A stretch of DNA of 50,255 nucleotides from Chloroflexi bacterium RBG_16_56_11 (GTDB lineage: Bacteria; Chloroflexota; Dehalococcoidia; Dehalococcoidales; RBG-16-60-22), in NCBI GenBank assembly GCA_001796865.1, contig MGNQ01000019.1, positions 4,472 to 54,726 on the forward strand, read 5' to 3'. Each line of letters opens with the position of its first letter. Position 1 is the stretch's first letter. This document shows positions 43,776-50,255 of this stretch, one piece after another. The notes beneath the pieces were generated by a model. The model made no database searches and was not told the origin of the DNA. It worked only from the letters and a program-made list of their open reading frames with translations. The position numbers were made by a program, and so were the translations under genes.

Positions 43776-43969
43776 TGATACAAAGCTCCTGAAACTGCTG
43801 GTTAATATAATGTAAGTCATCGAGTTGCCGGGGGGAATAGGGGATTTACCCCGATAACAGGCGGGGAAAGCCCCTGATTTTCAGGTATTCTCCCTTGGTT
43901 CCCCGGGGCTCACACCGGAGCGGAAGCGGTGGTGGCGCATAAGAGGAAAAATTGGCCTGGTGGGGGTTA

Positions 43970-44629
43970 CTAGATGCTGATAATACCCTTGCGTAAAGCG
44001 TACTTGACTAAATCAACGCGGTTATGGACTCCAAGCTTGGCCATAAGGTTTGTTTTATGACCTTCCACGGTCTTGGGTGTAATTACGAGTATTCTGGCTA
44101 TTTCTTGAGTGCTGTGGCCGTCCGCCAGCAGCTTGAGGACCTCACGTTCCCGTCCCGTCAGCCCGTTAAAAGGGTCCTGGACGGGGCGGTGACCGGCGGT
44201 GTTTTTATAGTTTTCTACCATCAGTTTGGCCACCGAGGGTGAAAGGTAGGAATCACCCCGGTGCACCGAGCGTATCCCGGCGGTGAGCTCTGATGACGCG
44301 GCCGCCTTGCTTATAAATCCGGAGGCGCCGGACTCGATAACCGGAAAGAAATATTCCTTGTCATCATACTGGGTCAGGACAAGTACCTTCGTTCCAGGGA
44401 ATTCTTTGCTCATCCGCCTGGTGGCCTCCAGTCCCCCCATGATCGGCATGGCAATATCCATGATCACGACGTCAGGGTGAATTTGGCTGACTTTTTGAAG
44501 GGCTTCGAAGCCGTTGGTTGCCTCACCGACGACTTCGATGTCCCCGGCCAGTGCCAGTAATGCGCAGATGCCGTCCCGCACGATTGTATGGTCGTCAACT
44601 ACCAGGACTTTTATTTTCTCCATATTCAA
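43970..44629 (-). CDS. NarL/FixJ family response regulator (REC + LuxR-type HTH)
   Basis: Contains VLVVDDH, VVIMDIAMP, LTQYDDK and LTGREREVLKLLADGHSTQEIARIL. Confidence 0.9.
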   Translation of the reverse strand: MNMEKIKVLVVDDHTIVRDGICALLALAGDIEVVGEATNGFEALQKVSQIHPDVVIMDIAMPIMGGLEATRRMSKEFPGTKVLVLTQYDDKEYFFPVIESGASGFISKAAASSELTAGIRSVHRGDSYLSPSVAKLMVENYKNTAGHRPVQDPFNGLTGREREVLKLLADGHSTQEIARILVITPKTVEGHKTNLMAKLGVHNRVDLVKYALRKGIISI

Positions 44630-45857
44630 TATCCTGACCTACGGGTATCCTGGCCCAGACTGTTGTCCCTTTTCCTATTTCAGACTCAATGCCGCTCGAG
44701 CCGCCCAGAAAACCAATCCGCTCTCTCATGCTGAAAAGACCCCGGCCCCTTCCGCTCTCCTCGACATCCGTGATTTCCTTCACATTGAACCCGTGCCCGT
44801 TATCTTTTATTGTCAGGAGAAATTCATCAGGCCTGTATTCCAGGATAATGCCAGCATTAGTAGCGCTCGAGTGCTGGGCGATATTACCCACCGCCCCTTG
44901 AATAAAGCGGAAAAGAGCGGCTTCAACCTCAACGGGAAACCTCACTGCGATACCCCTGGTTTCCAACGTTACGGTAATCCCCAGCGACTGAAGTCGGGTC
45001 TCAGCGTATTTGCGGGCTGCGGGCACCAATCCCAGTGTATCCAGGAGAGCTGGATGAAGGTTTGATATCAACCTGCTGACCTCTTTGTGCACCTGTACGG
45101 TCAGCGCCTGCACTTTTTTTAAACCCGCGACAAAGTCTTTATCATTTTTATCCGGTATCGCCGCCATTTCTATCAGCGCCTGCAACTGGAGGGCAATCCC
45201 GGAAAGCGATTGGCTGGTCTCGTCATGGAGCTCCCGGGCGATTCTCCTTCTTTCATCCTCCTCGGCCACCAGGTTCTGCCGGGCGAGTTTACGCATTCTT
45301 TCACGGGCTTTCCTTAAACGCTCGTACAATCTGGCGTGTTCAACGGCGATACCAAGCTGGTCGCCGATGGCATAAAGCAGGTGCATGTCGTTTGTGGTGA
45401 ATTTGCGCGGCAGGCGACTGGCTACGTTCAGCACGCCCAGCACTTTGTCCTGGGCGCGGAGCGGCACACAGATAAACGCCTTCAAACCTTCAGCGATGAC
45501 CATTTCGCGGTGGGCTACCCGTGCATCTGAACAGATGTCTTCAAGCAGAACAGCCTTGCCGCTTTTTGCCACGCCGCCGGTAATACCTTCGCCAAGGCTG
45601 AGACGCACCTTTTCCAGGAATTCATTGCTCAAACCGCGGTGGGCGGTACGCAAGAGTTCGCGGGTATTTTCATCGACGAGCAGGATTTCACCGACAGTAC
45701 CATTCATGATATCCAGGGTGCTGTCGAGACCCACGCCAAGAATCGCATCGAGGTTCCATAGCCCGCTCAATGCTGCGGAAATTCGGCTCAATACCAGGAG
45801 CTCGGACTGCTGCCTGTTTATTTTTTCCCGTGTTCGGCGGGGCCTGAGAGTGTTCAT
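44595..45857 (-). CDS. Cytoplasmic GAF-domain sensor histidine kinase (HisKA_3 / HATPase_c)
   Basis: GAF segment: GEGITGGVAKSGKAVLLEDI...VPLRAQDKVLGVLNV. H-box: EEDERRRIARELHDETSQSL. C-terminal G-boxes: DNGHGF and GRGLFSMRERI. No TM helices. Confidence 0.85.
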   Translation of the reverse strand: MNTLRPRRTREKINRQQSELLVLSRISAALSGLWNLDAILGVGLDSTLDIMNGTVGEILLVDENTRELLRTAHRGLSNEFLEKVRLSLGEGITGGVAKSGKAVLLEDICSDARVAHREMVIAEGLKAFICVPLRAQDKVLGVLNVASRLPRKFTTNDMHLLYAIGDQLGIAVEHARLYERLRKARERMRKLARQNLVAEEDERRRIARELHDETSQSLSGIALQLQALIEMAAIPDKNDKDFVAGLKKVQALTVQVHKEVSRLISNLHPALLDTLGLVPAARKYAETRLQSLGITVTLETRGIAVRFPVEVEAALFRFIQGAVGNIAQHSSATNAGIILEYRPDEFLLTIKDNGHGFNVKEITDVEESGRGRGLFSMRERIGFLGGSSGIESEIGKGTTVWARIPVGQDIEYGENKSPGS

Positions 45858-46074
45858 TTCACCAGCTCGCAGTTGACAGGATAAGGAGTGCTAATACGCG
45901 CTGTATAGATTAGATTATAGAAAAATCCGGGACTTGTCAAACTATTGATTAGTACTAGAGCTTTTTACTCCTCAATATATAGGTACTTCAGTGATGTTAT
46001 TTCAATTTGTTCGAAAAACTAACGACTAATTCGAAGAAGGCTTCTATGTCAGGGTGTGGAAAAATCACCTTTGG

Positions 46075-46102
46075 TGGAGCTGAGGTATCAATAGGTAGTA
46101 CT
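46075..46102. repeat. 28-nt island repeat, copy A (tggagctgaggtatcaataggtagtact)
   Basis: Identical to copy B and 26/28 identical to copy C. It is followed by the second shared motif, tacctacgttaagtaacaa, at 46147-46165. Confidence 0.85.
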
Positions 46103-46201
46103 GGTAAGGACTTCGATTTGACTTTTAACCTCAGTATATGAGGACGTACCTACGTTAAGTAACAAGATGCCCGATTGTGTGATGAGTCAGATGTGTTGAA
46201 T

Positions 46202-46654
46202 CTACGTCAAAGCATCCTCATCGTATATGAAAAGCACATCATCTTCATTCGCGACTCTCCCTTTGGTCTTACTATATAAACCCATCGCGGCTCCGTTACC
46301 CTTTTGAGTAGGCACGAACATCTCACGACATCTGTGTTCTCGAGCTATCCGCTTGAGTTCTTCTATGAGTTTGCTGGCTATGCCTTGCCGCCTAAATTCA
46401 TCAAAAACATCAATTGAATAAAGAAACATTTTTGGGAAAGAACTGTTTGGGCTTTGCAGAACATATCCCCAAAGGAAACCGCTCAAATTCCCATCGGTTC
46501 TGGAAACTAGGAATACATTTTCTTCGCCTTCGAAGAAGTGTGTATTAGTTTCTGCAATTCCTCCATTTGCCCGGTCAAATAGATGAGCAAGTGTTTTGTT
46601 GTCAATCTTCCTGACTCTTTCGATTTGTGTTGGCATTTTTCGTCCTTCCAGCAT
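46202..46654 (-). CDS. GNAT family N-acetyltransferase
   Basis: Acetyl-CoA-binding motif FRRQGIASKLIEELKRIARE. The ~150-aa length fits the family. Confidence 0.8.
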   Translation of the reverse strand: MLEGRKMPTQIERVRKIDNKTLAHLFDRANGGIAETNTHFFEGEENVFLVSRTDGNLSGFLWGYVLQSPNSSFPKMFLYSIDVFDEFRRQGIASKLIEELKRIAREHRCREMFVPTQKGNGAAMGLYSKTKGRVANEDDVLFIYDEDALT

Positions 46655-46920
46655 TCTTTTTATGTCGAAATGATACTGTACACTAGCATAAGGTCAAAAC
46701 GATCAAGCCGATAGGGTATGTAGCAGTTCTGCATTGCTTCCCATCGAATAAACCAGCTATGCCAATTAAAATTAGAATCGAATCCACTCATAATTCTTCC
46801 GTCAAGCAAAGGTCTTTGGCAACACAGATTTTATCACAACCAGACAATGTCACATAAATCTTAATTGTTGAGTTTAGAAGCAATTGGAATAAAAATCAAT
46901 TGAAATAGGTGGAAGAATTG

Positions 46921-46992
46921 GGTACTACCTGTTGATACCTTAGGTCGTAGATTTTGAAGCTAAATGGAGCTGAGGTATCAATAGGTAGTACT
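46921..46992. repeat. 28-nt island repeat, copy B, with an inverted partner arm (hairpin element)
   Basis: Left arm: ggtactacctgttgataccttag (46921-46943). It is the reverse complement (about 20/23) of ctgaggtatcaataggtagtact, which lies within 46965-46992. Confidence 0.85.
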
Positions 46993-47057
46993 TTCGAAAT
47001 GGCATTCTCCCTCCATATTTAGTAGAATAGAAACGATCTGGAGAACGCTGAATAGCT

Positions 47058-48167
47058 ATGGTTAATTGGAAAGAAAAACTTAAAGGAAACCCGATACCCT
47101 GGCTGTTAGAAGCGGATGAGACCCAGCCAGCCATCCGCTATTATGCTTTACGTGATATCCTTGGCCGGGATGAGAACGATAAAGAAGTCAAAGCTGCCAA
47201 AGCGGCTATCATGACAAGCGGACCGGTGCCGGTAATCCTGGCGGCGCAGCATCCGGAGGGATATTGGGGAGAACGACCCAGGTACACCGGGACGATGCCG
47301 GCTCTCGTTTACATGGCGCAGTTTGGGGCGGACGGAGCTGACCCGCGCATTCGCGCCGGCTGCGAGATTCTGCTCTCCCGATTCATCGACAGCGGTGGTA
47401 GTCTGCGTGGTCTGTCATTGATAGGCACGCCTTCCGATTTCAACTATTGCGCGGCGGGTATAAATGGGGCGGCTTTGATAGACTTCGGCTGGCTTAACGA
47501 CCAACGCTTGCAGACAGCAATGGAATGGCTGGCACAGACTATTACGGGAGAAGGAGTGGCTGACGCTTCGAACCGTGACACAAACAAACGTCATGAAAAG
47601 TCCAGGAACTCGTCTCCTCCATTCGCCTGTCCACAGCGTAATGCTGATCTGCCATGCGCCTGGGGCGCAATAAAGGTGATGATTGCCCTGAACAAAGTAC
47701 CAACGGCGCAGCGAACCAAGAATATGCAGGAGGCTATCAAACGGGGTGTGGACTTTCTCTTGAGCCACGACCCGGCGGTCGCCGATTACCCCTTTGGCAC
47801 GGGGAACAGGCCCAGCTCGAACTGGTTCAAGTTCTATTATCCTCTCCGCAGCGAAGCCGATGTGCTTCAGAACCTGGAGGTCATGGCAGCACTAGGCCAA
47901 GCCAAGAATCCCAAGTTAGCCAACGCGTTAGATCTGGTCATTAGTAAGCAAAACCAACAAGGACGCTGGCTGCTGGAACGTACCTACAAGGAGTTGGCGG
48001 ACACACAAGAAAAGAAAGTCTTTTATTGGTACCAGAACTCCCTGAGACTTTATATAACCGGCAAGGAGTTGGCGGAGATACAAGAAAAGAAAGGGCAACC
48101 CAGCAAGTGGGTCACCTTAAGAGCGTTGCGGGTATTGAAAGCGGCTTATCCAGAAGAACAGAGTTAA
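47058..48167 (+). CDS. Alpha/alpha-toroid-like protein, paralog of 20874..21875, carrying an internal 25-codon duplication
   Basis: Collinear similarity to 20874..21875. A 32-nt direct repeat at 47987-48018 and 48062-48093 is spaced 75 nt apart, in frame. Confidence 0.55.
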   Translation: MVNWKEKLKGNPIPWLLEADETQPAIRYYALRDILGRDENDKEVKAAKAAIMTSGPVPVILAAQHPEGYWGERPRYTGTMPALVYMAQFGADGADPRIRAGCEILLSRFIDSGGSLRGLSLIGTPSDFNYCAAGINGAALIDFGWLNDQRLQTAMEWLAQTITGEGVADASNRDTNKRHEKSRNSSPPFACPQRNADLPCAWGAIKVMIALNKVPTAQRTKNMQEAIKRGVDFLLSHDPAVADYPFGTGNRPSSNWFKFYYPLRSEADVLQNLEVMAALGQAKNPKLANALDLVISKQNQQGRWLLERTYKELADTQEKKVFYWYQNSLRLYITGKELAEIQEKKGQPSKWVTLRALRVLKAAYPEEQS

Positions 48168-48183
48168 ATATCCGGAAGCTAAG

Positions 48184-48211
48184 TGGAGCTGGGATATCAA
48201 TAGGTAGTACT
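48184..48211. repeat. 28-nt island repeat, copy C (tggagctgggatatcaataggtagtact)
   Basis: Two mismatches to copies A and B. The downstream motif tacctaaccttattcgttaatgagtaacaa (48341-48370) parallels the motif following copy A. Confidence 0.85.
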
Positions 48212-48466
48212 CGCAGGGACTTCAACTTCACCTTTGCTTTCAGGATATAGTGTTGGGAGGACCGTATCTATTAAGGTGGTCGGTACCTGCCCATAGATAG
48301 AACCAGAAATTTCAAATTAGCTGTTGGAATGATATTATGCTACCTAACCTTATTCGTTAATGAGTAACAATCACTCTTTTTGTTGGATTCTGGTTGACGC
48401 CCGATAGAACTTGGCTTAAGATAGTCTTGGGAAATAGCAGCAACAATTCGCGGAAGGAAGGTTCGT

Positions 48467-49123
48467 GTGGCTTCAAAACAGGTATTGCTGTTGGAACAGC
48501 TGCTAATTGAGGATGGCGACTACATACATCCTCGCAACCCGCCGGAAGAGTTCGTCATACAAGCTACTGCCCTGCCGGATGAAGACGCTAAGGCCCTAGC
48601 TGCCAGGCTTTTCATAAAGAGTGAATGGCGCTATGTATGGATGGCTGTGATTATCTTTCAGAAGCACCCAACAGCAAGGACGATGATAGACTGGAAATAC
48701 CTTGAGCCGTTCGGAAACCGGATGGATAGCTGGGGTCTGGTCGATGCCTTCGCGTCTTTGGCAGGACCTGCCTGGAGGGAAGGGCAAATAAGTGATGAGG
48801 CAGTAATGAGCTGGACACACTCTGAAAACCGCTGGTGGCGAAGGGCTGCACTGGTCTGCACGGTGTTTCTCAACCGCAAAATCTTGGGTGGTAGAGGAGA
48901 TACTCCCCGGACATTGGCGGTTTGCGAAGTTCTAGCACGTGATAGGGACGATATGGTCATCAAGGGTTTGTCCTGGGCATTACGGGATTTGAGTAAGCGT
49001 GATCGTGCGGCAGCAGAGAGATTCCTCAAGGAACACGAGGGAGAACTACATGCGAGAGTAAAGCGGGAAGTGCGTAACAAGCTAGAAACCGGAGTTAAAA
49101 ATCCGCGACGTATGAGACGATGA
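48467..49123 (+). CDS. DNA alkylation repair (AlkD-like HEAT-repeat) family protein
   Basis: GTG start after GGAAGGAAGG. Contains WWRRAALVCTVFLN and DDMVIKGLSWALRDLSKRD, typical of the DNA_alkylation family. Confidence 0.7.
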   Translation: MASKQVLLLEQLLIEDGDYIHPRNPPEEFVIQATALPDEDAKALAARLFIKSEWRYVWMAVIIFQKHPTARTMIDWKYLEPFGNRMDSWGLVDAFASLAGPAWREGQISDEAVMSWTHSENRWWRRAALVCTVFLNRKILGGRGDTPRTLAVCEVLARDRDDMVIKGLSWALRDLSKRDRAAAERFLKEHEGELHARVKREVRNKLETGVKNPRRMRR

Positions 49124-49275
49124 TTACGCTCTCACAGAATACTGAACAATCTAGCAGCGCGTCCGAGTAACGCACGGGTTACCGGTAATTCAGGTGGAAA
49201 GTAATGTTGATGGGAAAGGAAAGGTGCGTTTGCAAGGCTACTGGGGGTTTGACGAAAAAATTAGTAATAGAGGCA

Positions 49276-49467
49276 CTATTGTTCCAGCACGATACCCAGG
49301 ACTTCCCGGGTGAGTAGGCCACTCCGGTGGGCACCAAACAGCTTGAGCAGGTTATGACCGGCACAGATGATTTTCCATTCACCGTCGGCCTTGTACTCTC
49401 CCCGTAACAGGAACTGCCTGAAACCTCTTGCCTGCTTTATCTGGCCGAAAACCGGCTCCGGCAGAAT
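49276..49467 (-). pseudogene. C-terminal remnant of an IS1182/IS5-like DDE transposase
   Basis: The minus-strand frame reads ILPEPVFGQIKQARGFRQFLLRGEYKADGEWKIICAGHNLLKLFGAHRSG...*, which is the conserved extreme C-terminus of that transposase family. No upstream catalytic domain is present. Confidence 0.65.
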
Positions 49468-49623
49468 ACATCCTTGTTGTTAATCCTGAAGCAAACAAAG
49501 ATATTACCGAGACGCATCCTATCCTTGTAGAATTTCCTGTCTACTGATGAGACTGCGTCACGATAGGTGTCAAATCTAAACGCATTCTGGATAATTTCTT
49601 TGCTTGTATTTACCAGTTCTATT

Positions 49624-49953
49624 TTATGGCCTTCGGGACGACACAACTTCCTTAGATCCCGCAAACCGAGGCTTGGGTCGCAAAGTAATCTCCAACTCAG
49701 CATCGAGGGCGTCGGCCACTTTCTTCACAGTGGAAAGAGATGGCAGCGAGCCGCCGCTCTCCAGCCTGGCGATACTTTCCTGTTTGGTATTCAGCAGCTT
49801 CGCTAACTGCTCCTGGGTTAGTCCCTTAGCCAGTCGTAGTCGGATCAAGGCAGATGCCAGCTTATATTCAGGCTCAAGCGACTCATACTCCTGCCTGAAC
49901 TCAGGGTCTTTCAATAGTTTCTTTTTGTGTTCCTTCCAATTCATATCACTCAC
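49624..49953 (-). CDS. XRE-family HTH antitoxin (HigA-like)
   Basis: HTH segment LRLAKGLTQEQLAKLLNTKQESIARLESGG. A 4-nt overlap links it to the upstream toxin gene. Confidence 0.8.
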   Translation of the reverse strand: MSDMNWKEHKKKLLKDPEFRQEYESLEPEYKLASALIRLRLAKGLTQEQLAKLLNTKQESIARLESGGSLPSLSTVKKVADALDAELEITLRPKPRFAGSKEVVSSRRP

Positions 49954-50255
49954 CTCCTCCTGGATAAGTAATCATCGAGTCTACTTTCCGCCGTCTTTAT
50001 GTCTGCTCTTGGCACTGGCCCTGTCTTCTTGTTAAGTCCGTGTAGAAGAACGAAGGTATGCTCAGTGTATAAGAAGTAGATAATGCGATACCGATTTTTG
50101 CCATGTCGAACTCTCAACTCCCAGAATTGTTTTTCAAGATGCCTGGCATAAGGCATACCGAGGCTGACCCCGAATTCCTCGAGCAAGTCGAGAGTTCTGG
50201 CAATCCTGGCTCTTGATTTAGCGTCCAGCGAGTCAATGAACTCTTCTACCGGAGA
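49950..50255 (-). CDS. RelE/ParE-superfamily toxin (HigB / phage Gp49-like); 5' end beyond the window
   Basis: The frame is open to the window end (SPVEEFIDSLDAKSRARIARTLDLLEEFG...). Contains WELRVRHGKNRYRIIYFLYTEHTFVLLHGLNKK. Confidence 0.8.
   Translation of the reverse strand, partial: SPVEEFIDSLDAKSRARIARTLDLLEEFGVSLGMPYARHLEKQFWELRVRHGKNRYRIIYFLYTEHTFVLLHGLNKKTGPVPRADIKTAESRLDDYLSRRR

Noticed and set aside
43620-43820. N-terminal extension of the REC-REC ORF (ORF-track start at 43820)
   Set aside because: The extension translates straight through the palindromic repeat at 43670-43775. The receiver domain starts at MAEKQTILIVDDE (ATG 43619).
46075-48211. CRISPR array
   Set aside because: The three 28-nt repeats are about 0.9 and 1.2 kb apart with whole genes between them, so they do not have the 25-50-nt spacing of a CRISPR array. 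No other regularly spaced short repeats were seen.
46075-48370. Canonical integron attC sites (R'' RYYYAAC ... R' GTTRRRY)
   Set aside because: GTTAAGT (46154-46160) fits the R' core, but the matching upstream core is TTTTAAC (first base is not a purine) only ~30 nt away, too short for an attC. Copies B and C show GTTAATT and GTTAATG, which break the consensus. Gene orientations are mixed and no intI is in the window. The idea is kept only as a hypothesis to test.

Overview
The window is a GC-rich bacterial chromosomal segment with strong Shine-Dalgarno usage and anaerobe-type gene content. No rRNA, tRNA or CRISPR array is recognisable, and the taxon cannot be fixed from sequence alone.

Gene content from left to right:
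- A 5'-truncated BNR/Asp-box surface protein, followed by small membrane, redox and tautomerase genes.
- A CoA-dependent acid catabolic cluster (7.5-16.2 kb): MmgE/PrpD, two SDRs, an HMGCS-like-DUF35 fusion, an SCP-x type thiolase, a family III CoA-transferase and a methylmalonyl-CoA epimerase-like VOC protein. The cluster is peppered with palindromic 'gtcattgcgag...cgaagcaatc' type intergenic repeats.
- A ferredoxin:thioredoxin-reductase-rubredoxin fusion with a glutaredoxin-like partner.
- MarR plus two tandem MATE exporters.
- An alpha/alpha-toroid protein, a PaaK-like adenylating enzyme and an S51 peptidase-like protein.
- An orphan DGQHR/ParB-like protein plus a YdeI-like protein.
- A single-chain (fused heterodimer) ABC exporter, then rsmE.
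- A DEAD-box helicase and a zinc-ribbon protein, transcribed divergently from mirrored promoter-plus-leader copies.
- A B12-radical SAM enzyme.
- A long minus-strand operon: GAF histidine kinase, NarL regulator, REC-REC, FdhA-like, NuoE, NuoF-GltD fusion, MetV, MetF.
- A visibly AT-richer accessory island (about 45.9 kb to the window end): GNAT, a toroid paralog, an AlkD-like protein, an IS transposase remnant and a HigBA-like toxin-antitoxin pair. These are separated by copies of a conserved 28-nt repeat.

Most interesting candidates:
1. The MetFV operon wired to NuoE, NuoF-GltD and a formate-dehydrogenase-like subunit whose Sec/Cys-His-Arg active-site positions read Tyr-Asn-Glu. This may be a new class of methylene-THF reductase or bifurcating complex.
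2. The repeat-delimited, cassette-like island.
3. A frameshifted GIY-YIG nuclease gene nested between the arms of one of the palindromic repeats, together with a 33-nt duplication of a gene's 3' end flanking another copy.
4. The mirrored leader hairpins upstream of the helicase and the zinc-ribbon gene.
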